Source of the DNA: Clostridia bacterium
Lineage (GTDB): Bacteria > Bacillota > Clostridia > TANB77 > UBA1234
Reading direction: 5' to 3'
Assembly (NCBI GenBank): GCA_900765095.1
Contig: CAAFRB010000058.1
Coordinates: forward strand, 2,364-66,363
Length of the DNA stretch: 64,000 bases
Shown here: positions 49,101 through 58,950 of the stretch, in pieces
How the letters are laid out: each line of letters begins with the position of its first letter
How positions within the stretch are numbered: the first letter of the stretch is position 1
Position numbers and translations under genes: made by a program
Notes under the pieces: model-generated
Databases searched by the model: none
What the model was told of the DNA's origin: nothing
The model's input: only the letters and a program-made list of their open reading frames with translations

Positions 49101-49865
49101 TTAAAGAGTTGTCAAAATTTCAGCACCATTTTTAGTTATCACAATTGTGTTCTCATAATGTGCTGACAATTTTCCGTCTTTTGTTAAAACAGTCCAGCCA
49201 TCTGGTTCTGTTATGATATCATAAGACCCTTCATTTATCATGGGTTCAACAGCAATAACCATGCCAGCTTCTAGCCTTGGACCTCTTCCACTTCTTCCAT
49301 AGTTTGGCACACCTGGATCTTCGTGCATATCTCTACCTATTCCATGTCCTTGATATTCTCTAACTACTGAAAAGCCATTTTTTTCCACGTATTCTTGAAT
49401 AGCATGAGATATATCCGATATCCTATTTCCTGGTTTAGCATATTTAATGCCTTCATAGAAGCTTTCTTTTGCAACTTCAATCAATCTCTGTGCTACCTCA
49501 GAACCTTCACCAACAACATAACACCTTGTTGCATCTCCAAAATATCCATCTTTGTCTGCAACTAAATCGACGCAAACTAAATCGCCATCTTTTATAACTC
49601 TATTGCCAGGTATTCCATGAATTACCTCGTCATTTACAGATATGCAACTTGCTGCAGGAAATGGATTCTTATATCCTTTTGGATAGCCCTTGCAAGATGG
49701 ATTAGCTCCATTTTCTCTAAACACTCTTTCTGTAATATCATCTATATCTTTTGTTGTCATACCAGCCCTTAAACTTTTTCCTATTTCTTCATGGGCTTTG
49801 GCAACAATTCTTGAAGCCTCTCTAATTTTTGCAATCTCTTTTTCAGAATAAATATTTATCATCAT
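49101..49865 (-). CDS. map: methionine aminopeptidase type I
   Basis: Metal ligands ..DLVCVDL.., ..HGIGR..HE.., ..AVEPMI.. Confidence 0.9.
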   Translation of the reverse strand: MMINIYSEKEIAKIREASRIVAKAHEEIGKSLRAGMTTKDIDDITERVFRENGANPSCKGYPKGYKNPFPAASCISVNDEVIHGIPGNRVIKDGDLVCVDLVADKDGYFGDATRCYVVGEGSEVAQRLIEVAKESFYEGIKYAKPGNRISDISHAIQEYVEKNGFSVVREYQGHGIGRDMHEDPGVPNYGRSGRGPRLEAGMVIAVEPMINEGSYDIITEPDGWTVLTKDGKLSAHYENTIVITKNGAEILTTL

Positions 49866-49930
49866 TATCCCTCTTTCTTTCTATCATTTAAGAACCAAAA
49901 CATTGATTCCAAGCGTAATCGCTAACGCTC

Positions 49931-49959
49931 ATTATACCCTATTTTTTACATAAAAGCAA
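49931..49959 (-). promoter_or_regulatory. sigma-A promoter (TTGCTT-N17-TATAAT) for map
   Basis: Minus strand TTGCTTttatgtaaaaaatagggTATAAT. Confidence 0.45.
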
Positions 49960-49983
49960 GGTGGGAAACATAAGTTTCCCACC
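49945..49983 (-). terminator. intrinsic terminator downstream of the ThyX-like gene
   Basis: Minus RNA GGUGGGAAACUUAUGUUUCCCACC + UUGCUUUUAUGU. Confidence 0.65.
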
Positions 49984-50015
49984 CCCCAAAATAGTAAAAA
50001 TTGTAAAAGCTATAC

Positions 50016-51167
50016 TCAAATAATTCTATTCAATGCGCCTTTTCCGCCAAACATACATGGCGATTCACACTTCCAACCCGGAAAAGTACAACGTGCCCCT
50101 TTCGAATATGGTAGCAAATATTCGTAAAGCTCTGGTTTTTCTTTCACCGCTTCAAAATATTTTTTCATTGTGATGTTCGTCTGCTTCATTATTTCCAGCT
50201 GAGCACAACCACAAAGACGTTCAGTACACTTCAAGACAAAGTTTTCTATCGTTCCTCTCTCATTAACTCTAACCAGCATGCCTTGTGGGAACAAGTCTTC
50301 TATTGAATGCATATCACGAATCCATTCTTCCTCAAACCTTGTGGCTTTAATTATGTCTGGAACATAAAATTGTTTTTCATCCAACATAGACATTTCGTAA
50401 GTTAACGTCCTATGCCTTTGTGCTTGTGCAAGCTGAGCAAAACTGGCTAAATACGTAGTAGAATAGTTTTCACCGAATTCTTCGTATCTTTTATTCCTAT
50501 CCGAAAAAAGAGAAAATTTACGTTTTTTGATTTTAGAATTTAAGCCTTCAACTTCAATATTATACGTTTCAATGCTATGCAAAAATTCTTCCAATACCGA
50601 CTTTACTTTCAAAGCAAATCCATCATTTGCATCACTATCAATATAATCTCTCGCCCAACCTATTATATAATTAAGCTGCTCAAAGCTAACTGTATATTCC
50701 ATTACTGTGGATGGTGTAAAAATACTAATTAAATATCTTGCGTTTTCAAGTGCAAGTTTTTCAGCATATTTTTCTTTTATATCTGGATATTTTTCAAGAA
50801 TCAATCCTTTATATATATTAGCCCACTTTTCGTACAACTTACTTTCACGTTCACCAGGTACCATTTTAGTATACCTAGCGGACTTTTCAGATGTGTTGTA
50901 TATCTTTTCATTATTCAGAATCATTGCAAGTATTTTAGGAATCCCTTCAAAAAGTAAGTTGTAATGTGGATGACCAAACACGCTGTGATGTCCTAATTTT
51001 ATGTTGCTTTTCGCCCTTTTCAACGTTTTCTCCTCAGGTTCATTAAACAACTTTTCAGTAGTATCTGGCAGGTAACAGATACCAGCAGACTTGCCAGAGA
51101 AGATAATAGCTTCACTAGCAGGCATTTCATAACCAGGTTTGGTAGAAGCAAGGATTTTGACTTTCAT
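50016..51167 (-). CDS. ThyX-like (flavin-dependent thymidylate synthase family) protein with a duplicated/fused two-half architecture and Cys-rich C-tail
   Basis: N-half GHHSVFGHPHYNLLFEG (matches the ThyX GHESVxEH..FxIEG motif); C-half ..AQAQRHRTLTYEMS.. (ThyX RHRxxSY.E.S motif) and ..NERGTIENFVLKCTERLCGCAQLEI.. (ThyX C-terminal helix); own promoter and terminator. Confidence 0.5.
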   Translation of the reverse strand: MKVKILASTKPGYEMPASEAIIFSGKSAGICYLPDTTEKLFNEPEEKTLKRAKSNIKLGHHSVFGHPHYNLLFEGIPKILAMILNNEKIYNTSEKSARYTKMVPGERESKLYEKWANIYKGLILEKYPDIKEKYAEKLALENARYLISIFTPSTVMEYTVSFEQLNYIIGWARDYIDSDANDGFALKVKSVLEEFLHSIETYNIEVEGLNSKIKKRKFSLFSDRNKRYEEFGENYSTTYLASFAQLAQAQRHRTLTYEMSMLDEKQFYVPDIIKATRFEEEWIRDMHSIEDLFPQGMLVRVNERGTIENFVLKCTERLCGCAQLEIMKQTNITMKKYFEAVKEKPELYEYLLPYSKGARCTFPGWKCESPCMFGGKGALNRII

Positions 51168-51237
51168 AGAGCACTTCTCCTTTCACATTCATAAATGTAG
51201 TCACATTTTGTTATTTACCTATTCAATTTTCTTCTGA

Positions 51238-51266
51238 ATTATATCAATTTACTACCCAAAAAGCAA
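51238..51266 (-). promoter_or_regulatory. sigma-A promoter (TTGCTT-N17-TATAAT) for the ThyX-like gene
   Basis: Minus strand TTGCTTtttgggtagtaaattgaTATAAT. Confidence 0.5.
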
Positions 51267-51278
51267 CAAAAAGTGACA

Positions 51279-51330
51279 CATAAAAAAGCTATCATCATAA
51301 GTATTTCTATTTACTTAAAATGATAGTCTT
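51279..51330 (-). terminator. intrinsic terminator downstream of adk
   Basis: Minus RNA AAGACUAUCAU-21 nt loop-AUGAUGAUAGCUU + U6AUG. Confidence 0.5.
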
Positions 51331-51335
51331 AAACA

Positions 51336-51992
51336 TTATTTTTCAAGTTCTGCTTTAACAAGAGCAATTGTATCCGCTAATTCCTCTTGTCCAACAACTG
51401 TAGCAACTAAACCTTTCTTAGTATAGTAATCTATTAAAGGTTCAGTTTGTGAATGATAAACTGCAAGTCTGTTACTTACTGTAGCTTCATTATCATCATC
51501 TCTTTGGAATAGTCTGCTACCACATTTATCACAAACACCTTCAACCTTAGGAGGATTATCCCTTAAATTATATATTTCTTTACAATCAGGATTTTCACAA
51601 GTTCTTCTATTTATTGTTCTTGCCATTATTTCTTCATCTGGTACATGTAAATTTATTACTTTGTCCAACTTAATTCCATTAGCATCAAGATATTCATCAA
51701 GAACTTCTGCTTGATGTAATGTTCTTGGAAAACCGTCTAATAAGAATCCGTTTTCTTTACAATCAGCTTCTTCTAATCTTGACTTTAATAAATCAACAAC
51801 CAATTCATCTGGAACTAATTTTCCTTCGTCCATGTACTTTTTAGCTTCCATTCCTAAAGCTGTCCCTTCAGCAATATTTTTTCTAAAAATATCACCAGTT
51901 GATATATGAGGAACATTATAGTCCTTTGTTATCCATTTACATTGTGATCCTTTTCCACTTCCTGGTGCTCCTAATATTATAAATCTTTTCAT
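51336..51992 (-). CDS. adk: adenylate kinase (zinc-lid type)
   Basis: MKRFIILGAPGSGKGSQC..; lid C..C..C..C. Confidence 0.95.
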   Translation of the reverse strand: MKRFIILGAPGSGKGSQCKWITKDYNVPHISTGDIFRKNIAEGTALGMEAKKYMDEGKLVPDELVVDLLKSRLEEADCKENGFLLDGFPRTLHQAEVLDEYLDANGIKLDKVINLHVPDEEIMARTINRRTCENPDCKEIYNLRDNPPKVEGVCDKCGSRLFQRDDDNEATVSNRLAVYHSQTEPLIDYYTKKGLVATVVGQEELADTIALVKAELEK

Positions 51993-52031
51993 AATCTACC
52001 TCCATTAATTTATATTGTGTAATTTTGAAAT

Positions 52032-52412
52032 CTAATCGCCACTAACACTACTCAAGTTGCCCGATTCATTATTTCTTTCATCAACTTTTGTATTGTTTTC
52101 ATCTATATTTTTCACTGAAGCATCTCCACTTATTTTTTCTACATCTTGGTGGTTTTCATCTTTCTTATCTTCGTCACCGCTTGCACTGTCATCTACATCT
52201 CCACTTGAATTTTGCTCGCCACTTTCAACGTTTTCATACTCACCGCTCAAATCTGATTTTTCATTATCACCGGATATTCTTTCTATAACATCTCCTGAAA
52301 TATTATTTGCATTTCCATTATAAATGTTATTTTGATCTCTTAAAAATGTATAAACAAAAATTAATACAGCAACAATTATCACGCACATTAAAAATCTCAA
52401 AAACTCTTTCAT
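52032..52412 (-). CDS. small signal-anchored protein with acidic, SGD-repeat low-complexity tail, inserted between secY and adk
   Basis: MKEFLRFLMCVIIVAVLIFVYTF then ISGDV..ISGDN..SGEYE..SGDVDD..SGDED..ISGDAS; promoter TTGATA-N17-TATACT at 52449-52477; RBS AAGGAGG. Confidence 0.5.
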   Translation of the reverse strand: MKEFLRFLMCVIIVAVLIFVYTFLRDQNNIYNGNANNISGDVIERISGDNEKSDLSGEYENVESGEQNSSGDVDDSASGDEDKKDENHQDVEKISGDASVKNIDENNTKVDERNNESGNLSSVSGD

Positions 52413-52448
52413 TGCAACATTTTCCTCCTTTATTTTCAATCCAAATTT

Positions 52449-52477
52449 AGTATACTATAACTTTCACCTCTTATCAA
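52449..52477 (-). promoter_or_regulatory. sigma-A promoter (TTGATA-N17-TATACT) for the small acidic protein gene + adk
   Basis: Minus strand TTGATAagaggtgaaagttatagTATACT. Confidence 0.5.
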
Positions 52478-52489
52478 CAAAAAAGCTCA

Positions 52490-52530
52490 AGAAATAAAAA
52501 AATAAAGCACTGCCTGAAAGCAATGCTCTA
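52490..52530 (-). terminator. intrinsic terminator downstream of secY
   Basis: Minus RNA AGAGCAUUGCUUUCAGGCAGUGCUUU + AUUUUUUUAUUU. Confidence 0.65.
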
Positions 52531-52539
52531 TCTTTATTC

Positions 52540-53892
52540 TTATTCTAAAAAGCCTTTGTAATGTCTTGTCAACATTTGTGCTTCTAGTTGTTTTACAGTT
52601 TCCAAAGCCACACCAACTACGATAAGTATTGCTGTACCTCCAAATGAAATTGAAAGTCCTGCAAATTGAGTTAATATTGGCAATACTGCAATTATTGCAA
52701 GGAATACCGAACCAAATGCTGTAATATAAGTTAATACAGCTTTTAAATAATCAGATGTTGGCTTTCCAGCTCTTATTCCTGGAATGAAACCACCATTTTT
52801 CTTTAAGTTATTTGAAACTTCTACTGGATTGAATGCCATTGCTAATGTGTAGAAATATGTAAATCCAACAATTAACAATACATATATTAAAATATGAAGT
52901 AATCCATATCCTAATAAAGACCAGTCAACAGCTTTAGTAGTTGCATCTACTATTCCACCTGTTTGAAGAGATGTAAATGCAAATACTTTATATACTCCAG
53001 CCCAGAAACCTGTGCTATTTGCTATATCATGATTTACTAACTGCATAATGATAGCTGGTAGTTGCATGAATGACATTGCAAAGATAACTGGCATAACACC
53101 AGCCATTGCAAGTTTCATAGGAATGTGTGTGTTTTGTCCACCATACATTCTTCTACCTACAACCTTTTTAGCATACTGAACTGGAATTCTTCTTTCAGCT
53201 TCAGTTACCCAAATTACTCCTGCAATCAATACTATCGCACCTATTATAACTGCTATTGCAGTTACAACACCGCCTACGCCACCAGTAGCAGCTACTTGAT
53301 ATAAATATCTAGTAGCAGAAGGTAGTCCAGAAACGATACCTGCAAAGATAAGCATTGAAGTACCATTTCCTATGCCCTTGCTAGTAAGCTGTTCTGATAT
53401 CCACATTAAAAGTGTTGAACCAGCCGTTAGTGACAAAATAAATAGTAATGGTGCTAATGGTGCATTTTGTAAGAATATACCTTGATTTCTATATGTAGCA
53501 TAGATACCAAAAGCTTCTATAGCTGCAAGTATAACCGCAGTATATCTTGTATATTGATTTAATTTCTTTCTTCCATTTTCGCCTTCTTTAGACATCTCTT
53601 CTAAAGCAGGAATTGCAAAAGTTAACAATTGTATAATAATTGATGCTGTAATATAAGGGCTTACTGAAAGCGCAAATATTGAAAAGCTTGAAAAAGCTCC
53701 ACCAGTAATTATATTAACAGTATTTATAACAGAATTTGAAGACGCTGAGCCAACTAATTCTAATAATTCGGCATCAACTCCTGGTGCTGTTATGACACAA
53801 CCAAATCTAAAAATTGCTAAAAGCAACAAAGTGTATAGAAGTTTACGTCTTAATTCAGGAATTTTCCAAGCGTTAATTAGTGTTTTAAACAA
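52540..53892 (-). CDS. secY: preprotein translocase subunit SecY
   Basis: 450 aa, 10 TM, ..IPELRRKLLYTLLLLAIFRFG.. Confidence 0.95.
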   Translation of the reverse strand: MFKTLINAWKIPELRRKLLYTLLLLAIFRFGCVITAPGVDAELLELVGSASSNSVINTVNIITGGAFSSFSIFALSVSPYITASIIIQLLTFAIPALEEMSKEGENGRKKLNQYTRYTAVILAAIEAFGIYATYRNQGIFLQNAPLAPLLFILSLTAGSTLLMWISEQLTSKGIGNGTSMLIFAGIVSGLPSATRYLYQVAATGGVGGVVTAIAVIIGAIVLIAGVIWVTEAERRIPVQYAKKVVGRRMYGGQNTHIPMKLAMAGVMPVIFAMSFMQLPAIIMQLVNHDIANSTGFWAGVYKVFAFTSLQTGGIVDATTKAVDWSLLGYGLLHILIYVLLIVGFTYFYTLAMAFNPVEVSNNLKKNGGFIPGIRAGKPTSDYLKAVLTYITAFGSVFLAIIAVLPILTQFAGLSISFGGTAILIVVGVALETVKQLEAQMLTRHYKGFLE

Positions 53893-54333
53893 TTAAACCA
53901 CCTCTACCTTTCCTCCAGCAGCTGTAATTTTTTCTTCAGCTGTCTTTGTAATTCTAGCCGCTTTTACATTTAGTTTTTTAGTCAATTCTCCATTTCCTAA
54001 TACAACGATACCGTCGTTAATCTTTTTAATTAAACCTAGTTCACGAAGTGTTTCAGCTGTAACTTCTGTTCCATTTTCAAGATTTTCTAACATTGAAAGT
54101 GTAACTTCTGTATATACTTTTGAATTTATATTATTGAATCCTCTCTTAGGAATTCTTCTAAATAAAGGCATTTGACCACCTTCAAATCCTGGTCTAACTC
54201 CACCACCAGATCTAGCGTTTTGTCCTTTATGACCTTTTCCAGAAGTTTTTCCAAGTCCTGAACCAATACCTCTACCTACTCTTCTTCTAACTGTTTTTGA
54301 ACCAGGTGCTGGTCTTAATTCATCAAGTTTCAT
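53893..54333 (-). CDS. rplO: 50S ribosomal protein L15
   Basis: [22 protein letters not shown]..; RBS AAGGAGGTG before ATG at 54333. Confidence 0.9.
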   Translation of the reverse strand: MKLDELRPAPGSKTVRRRVGRGIGSGLGKTSGKGHKGQNARSGGGVRPGFEGGQMPLFRRIPKRGFNNINSKVYTEVTLSMLENLENGTEVTAETLRELGLIKKINDGIVVLGNGELTKKLNVKAARITKTAEEKITAAGGKVEVV

Positions 54334-54375
54334 TTTGTGCACCTCCTTTTATTTTCTTTAAATATATTTTATCGA

Positions 54376-54867
54376 TTATAAAATTTCTTCTACTTTCTTT
54401 CCTCTTAAAGCAGCTACTTGTTCAGCTGTTTTCATATCTTGAAGAGCTTTGATTGTAGCAAAAACTGCATTTCTAGGATTGCTTGATCCTAAGTTCTTTG
54501 TTCTGATGTTTTTATAACCTGCAAGTTCTAATACTGATCTTGCAGCACCACCAGCGATAAGTCCAGTACCTTCGCCAGCTGGTTTTAATAAAACTTTACC
54601 AGAACCAAAGTTACCAATCATTTCATGTGGAATAGTATCATTAACAATTGGAACTTCAACAATATTCTTTTTAGCATCTTCAATTGCTTTCTTTATAGCA
54701 TCTGGAACTTCGGCTGCTTTTCCGTTACCTACACCGATATGTCCAGCACCATCGCCAACAACTACAAGTGCGCTAAATCTAAAAGTTCTACCACCTTTAA
54801 CAACTTTAGCAACTCTGTTGATTACAACAACTTTCTCTTGAAGATCTAATGTGCTTGCATCTATCAT
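54376..54867 (-). CDS. rpsE: 30S ribosomal protein S5
   Basis: ..[28 protein letters not shown].. Confidence 0.95.
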   Translation of the reverse strand: MIDASTLDLQEKVVVINRVAKVVKGGRTFRFSALVVVGDGAGHIGVGNGKAAEVPDAIKKAIEDAKKNIVEVPIVNDTIPHEMIGNFGSGKVLLKPAGEGTGLIAGGAARSVLELAGYKNIRTKNLGSSNPRNAVFATIKALQDMKTAEQVAALRGKKVEEIL

Positions 54868-54886
54868 TTATATTTACTCCTTTCAA

Positions 54887-55246
54887 TTAAAATTCTAGTC
54901 CACCTTCACGTGCAGCTTCAGCTAATGCTTTAACTTTTCCGTGATATTGGTATCCGCCTCTATCAAAAACAACTACCTTGATACCAGCTTTTTCTGCTCT
55001 TTTAGCTATTAATGCTCCAACTTCAGTAGCAGCAGCAATGTTACTTGCTTTTGTTTTTACTTCTTTATCTAGTGTTGAAGCGGCAGCTAAGGTTTTACCA
55101 TTAACATCATCGATAAGTTGAGCGTAGATACCTGTTAAGCTCTTATATACACTAAGTCTTGGACGTTCAGGAGTACCGCTAATTTTATTACGAACTCTTT
55201 TATGTCTAATATCTCTTGATACGCTTTTAGCCTCTTTTTTAATCAC
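54887..55246 (-). CDS. rplR: 50S ribosomal protein L18
   Basis: ..[23 protein letters not shown].. Confidence 0.95.
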   Translation of the reverse strand: MIKKEAKSVSRDIRHKRVRNKISGTPERPRLSVYKSLTGIYAQLIDDVNGKTLAAASTLDKEVKTKASNIAAATEVGALIAKRAEKAGIKVVVFDRGGYQYHGKVKALAEAAREGGLEF

Positions 55247-55288
55247 TTATCTTCTCTCCCTTCTTAACGTTCTAACTACTACCTAGAA

Positions 55289-55825
55289 CTATTTTTTACC
55301 CATCTTTCCTTCTTTTCTAATTATTCTTTCTCCGATATATTTAATACCTTTACCTTTATATGGTTCTGGAGGTCTTACTTTTCTAATTTCTGCTGCAAGT
55401 TGTCCTACAGCTTCTTTATCTGGACCAGAAATAATTATACTTGTTTGAGATGGAGCATCGATTTTTATATCTCCTCTATCTTCAAATTCTACTGTATGAG
55501 AAAATCCCATATTCATTATTAATTTGTTTCCTTGTTTTTGAACTCTATAACCAACGCCATTTACTTCAAGCTCTTTTTTGAATCCTTCAGTAACACCAAT
55601 AACCATATTGTTAATAAGTGTTCTTGTTAAACCTTGAAGCGCATTTTGTGATTCGTCTTTCATTTCAACTGTTACTACATCTGCGTTTTTGTTGATTACC
55701 ATAGCTGGATGTAATTGTTTTACAAGAGTTCCTTTTGGACCTTTTACAGTTACAAGATTTCCTTCAGCTATTGTTACTTCAACACCAGCAGGTATAGTTA
55801 TAGGTTTCTTTCCTATTCTAGACAT
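55289..55825 (-). CDS. rplF: 50S ribosomal protein L6
   Basis: MSRIGKKPITIPAGVEVT.. Confidence 0.95.
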   Translation of the reverse strand: MSRIGKKPITIPAGVEVTIAEGNLVTVKGPKGTLVKQLHPAMVINKNADVVTVEMKDESQNALQGLTRTLINNMVIGVTEGFKKELEVNGVGYRVQKQGNKLIMNMGFSHTVEFEDRGDIKIDAPSQTSIIISGPDKEAVGQLAAEIRKVRPPEPYKGKGIKYIGERIIRKEGKMGKK

Positions 55826-55872
55826 CTTATATTACTCCTTTCTTTAAAATACTTAAACAATCATGTTTCAAA

Positions 55873-56268
55873 CTACCAAACAAATGCAAGGACTTCTCCT
55901 CCGATACCTTCCTTACGAGCTTGTTTATCAGTCATAATTCCTTTTGATGTTGAGATTAATGCAATACCAAGTCCACCAATAACTTTTGGTAATTCATCTT
56001 TGTTAGCATATACTCTTAAACCTGGTTTACTGATTCTTTTTAGTCCACTTATAACTTTTTGTTTATTAACGTATTTTAAAGTTATTCTTATAATGCCTTG
56101 TGCATTATCTTCTATTTCTTCAAATGACTTGATGTATCCTTCATCTAGCAAAATTTGAGCTATTGACTTTTTCAATTTTGATGAAGGGATATCAACAGTT
56201 TCATGTCTTTGTGTATTTGCATTTCTAATTCTTGTTAGCATATCTGCTATTGGATCAGTAATGTTCAT
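55873..56268 (-). CDS. rpsH: 30S ribosomal protein S8
   Basis: [18 protein letters not shown].. Confidence 0.95.
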   Translation of the reverse strand: MNITDPIADMLTRIRNANTQRHETVDIPSSKLKKSIAQILLDEGYIKSFEEIEDNAQGIIRITLKYVNKQKVISGLKRISKPGLRVYANKDELPKVIGGLGIALISTSKGIMTDKQARKEGIGGEVLAFVW

Positions 56269-56425
56269 TTGACTACTCCTTTCTTTATCTAGAAATTAGA
56301 GATTAGAAGCTAAAAGCTACCTCTCTATTTCTAAACTAAATTTTGATTTTTATTATTAGAAACTAAATAACTACCTCTAACATCTAGTTTCTTTCTTCAT
56401 ATCTAACTTTCAACTTTTAAAGGGA

Positions 56426-56611
56426 TTACCAGCTAGCTTTCTTTACACCTGGTATTTCACCCTTGTGAGCTAATTCTCTAAAGCAAATTCTGCAGATTCC
56501 AAATTTACGAATGTAAGCATGTGGTCTTCCACAAATTTTACATCTGTTGTAATATCTTGTTGAAAACTTTGGAGCTAACTTTTGCTTTGCGATCATAGAT
56601 TTTTTTGCCAT
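56426..56611 (-). CDS. rpsZ: 30S ribosomal protein S14 type Z (zinc-binding)
   Basis: 61 aa; [23 protein letters not shown]. Confidence 0.95.
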   Translation of the reverse strand: MAKKSMIAKQKLAPKFSTRYYNRCKICGRPHAYIRKFGICRICFRELAHKGEIPGVKKASW

Positions 56612-56622
56612 GGTTTACCTCC

Positions 56623-57162
56623 TTATTTTGAAAATGGCATACCAAGAAGTCTTAATAACTCTTTTGCCTCTTCGTCTGTATTTGCTGTTGTTACGAAAAT
56701 TACGTCCATACCTCTAACTTTATCAATTTTATCATATTCAATTTCAGGGAATATAAGTTGTTCTTTAACACCCATTGAATAATTTCCTCTTCCATCGAAA
56801 GAATTTGGAGATAATCCTCTAAAATCTCTAACTCTTGGAAGTGCAACTGCAAATAATTTTTCAGCAAAATCGTACATTTTGTCATTTCTTAATGTAACTT
56901 TACATCCGATTTCCATACCTTCTCTAATTTTAAACCCAGCAATTGATTTCTTTGCTTTAGTTGAAACAACTTTTTGTCCAGTAATGATTGTTAAATCTCT
57001 CATAGCATTCTCTAAAGCTTTAGCATTTTCACGAACATCACTTACACCCATGTTAATAACTATTTTTTCTAGCTTTGGTACTTGCATAATTGATTTATAG
57101 TTAAATTTTTTCATTAATTCTGGAACTACTTCATTTTTATATAATTCTTTTAAACTTGACAT
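56623..57162 (-). CDS. rplE: 50S ribosomal protein L5
   Basis: [16 protein letters not shown].. Confidence 0.95.
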   Translation of the reverse strand: MSSLKELYKNEVVPELMKKFNYKSIMQVPKLEKIVINMGVSDVRENAKALENAMRDLTIITGQKVVSTKAKKSIAGFKIREGMEIGCKVTLRNDKMYDFAEKLFAVALPRVRDFRGLSPNSFDGRGNYSMGVKEQLIFPEIEYDKIDKVRGMDVIFVTTANTDEEAKELLRLLGMPFSK

Positions 57163-57180
57163 TTTAGATTACCTCCTTTC

Positions 57181-57501
57181 CTACTTGATTTCTGTGCCAC
57201 ACTTAGAACAAACTCTTACCTTTGTACCATCTTTTTGTACTTCAGTTTTTGTTCTTGTGCCTTTTCCACATTTATCGCAGAATAAATTTACTTTAGAAGC
57301 ATTAATTGCAACTTCAGCTTTAACTATTCCACCTTGTTCTCCAGCTTTTCTAGGTTTTCTATGTTTACTTCTAACATTTACACCCTCAACAACAACTTTA
57401 TTATCTTTTGGGCTTGCATGTAGAACTTTTCCTTTTTTACCCTTGTCAGCGCCAGAGTTTACCATTACCATATCACCTTTTTTAACGTGCATGTTATTCA
57501 T
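57181..57501 (-). CDS. rplX: 50S ribosomal protein L24 (KOW) with a Cys4 zinc-ribbon-like C-terminal region
   Basis: ..MHVKKGDMVMVNSGADKGKKGKVL..; C-terminus FCDKCGKGTRTK..RVCSKCGTEIK (two CxxCG knuckles). Confidence 0.9.
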   Translation of the reverse strand: MNNMHVKKGDMVMVNSGADKGKKGKVLHASPKDNKVVVEGVNVRSKHRKPRKAGEQGGIVKAEVAINASKVNLFCDKCGKGTRTKTEVQKDGTKVRVCSKCGTEIK

Positions 57502-57566
57502 TTATCCTTTACACCTACCTCTCAGATTTTATCTCTGCATAATTACTACTTATAAAGCAATTACAA

Positions 57567-57935
57567 TTATAGAACTTCTGGAGCAAGTGAGATGATTTTC
57601 ATATAATCTCCATCTCTTAATTCTCTTGCAACAGGCCCAAATATACGTGTTCCTCTTGGGTTCTTATCATCTTTTATAATAACAGCGGCGTTCTCATCAA
57701 ATCTTATGTAAGAACCATCTGGTCTTTGAAGACCTCTCTTGCTTCTTACGATAACAGCTTTAACAACATCACCTTTTTTTACCATTCCGCCTGGAGTAGC
57801 ACTCTTAACAGAAGCAACTATAACATCACCGATATTAGCTGTTTTTCTGAAAGATCCACCCAAACATCTGATACACATTAATTCTTTAGCACCAGTATTA
57901 TCTGCTACTTTAAGTATTGTCTGTTGTTGTATCAT
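57567..57935 (-). CDS. rplN: 50S ribosomal protein L14
   Basis: [23 protein letters not shown].. Confidence 0.95.
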   Translation of the reverse strand: MIQQQTILKVADNTGAKELMCIRCLGGSFRKTANIGDVIVASVKSATPGGMVKKGDVVKAVIVRSKRGLQRPDGSYIRFDENAAVIIKDDKNPRGTRIFGPVARELRDGDYMKIISLAPEVL

Positions 57936-58023
57936 TTCTTTTCTCCTTTCAGATGCATCAATCCTTTATCTCAAGGACATACATCAAATATACTAATTTA
58001 ATTGTAAATAACTTCTATTCAAA

Positions 58024-58284
58024 TTATTTAGCTTTTTCAACAATTTCAACTAATCTCCATCTTTTATCCTTAGATAGTGGTCTAGTTTCCATTACCTTTA
58101 CTGTATCTCCGATTTGACATTCATTATTCTCATCATGAGCCTTTAGTTTGAATGTTCTTTTCATTATCTTACCATATAAAGGATGTTTGTAACTAGTTTG
58201 AATAGCAACAACTATCGTCTTGTCCATTTTGTCGCTTACAACTTTACCAACTCTTGTTTTTCTTAAAGCTCTTTCTTCAGACAT
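58024..58284 (-). CDS. rpsQ: 30S ribosomal protein S17
   Basis: ..[19 protein letters not shown].. Confidence 0.95.
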   Translation of the reverse strand: MSEERALRKTRVGKVVSDKMDKTIVVAIQTSYKHPLYGKIMKRTFKLKAHDENNECQIGDTVKVMETRPLSKDKRWRLVEIVEKAK

Positions 58285-58319
58285 CTTTTTTCTCCTTTCT
58301 TAGGATTAATAGTTTTATA

Positions 58320-58520
58320 TTATTCAGCATCTTCTAGTTCTTTTTCTCTAAGAACTGTTTTAATTCTAGCAATATCTTTCTTTGTATTTCTAATCTTCAT
58401 CGGATTATCTAATCCATTTGTAGCTAATTGAAATCTTAATTTAAATAATTCAGATTTTAATTCTACTAATTCTTTTTCTAAATCCGATGAAGTCATTTTC
58501 TTATATTCATTAGCCTTCAT
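58320..58520 (-). CDS. rpmC: 50S ribosomal protein L29
   Basis: [31 protein letters not shown].. Confidence 0.9.
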   Translation of the reverse strand: MKANEYKKMTSSDLEKELVELKSELFKLRFQLATNGLDNPMKIRNTKKDIARIKTVLREKELEDAE

Positions 58521-58950
58521 CGTCTTCACCACCTTCGTTTTTATCTGCATAAACAAACTTTGTTTTTATAGGAAGTTTATGAGCAGCAAGTCTGAAAGCT
58601 TCTCTAGCTACATCTTCTGTAACTCCTGCCATCTCAAACATAACTCTTCCTGGTTTAATAACTGCAACCCAATATTCTAGTGCACCTTTACCACTACCCA
58701 TACGAGTTTCAGCAGGTTTTTTTGTTATTGGCTTGTCTGGGAATATTTTTATCCAAACTTGACCGCCTCTTTTAATGAAACGTGTCATTGCAATTCTGGC
58801 AGCTTCGATTTGGTTAGATGTAATCCAACCAGCTTCAAGAGCTTCTAATCCGTACTCACCATAAGTAACTGTATTACCTCTTGTAGCCTTACCTCTATTT
58901 CTACCTTTTTGCATTTTTCTAAATTTTGATCTTTTTGGCATTAGTGGCAT
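58510..58950 (-). CDS. rplP: 50S ribosomal protein L16
   Basis: [22 protein letters not shown].. Confidence 0.95.
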   Translation of the reverse strand: MPLMPKRSKFRKMQKGRNRGKATRGNTVTYGEYGLEALEAGWITSNQIEAARIAMTRFIKRGGQVWIKIFPDKPITKKPAETRMGSGKGALEYWVAVIKPGRVMFEMAGVTEDVAREAFRLAAHKLPIKTKFVYADKNEGGEDDEG

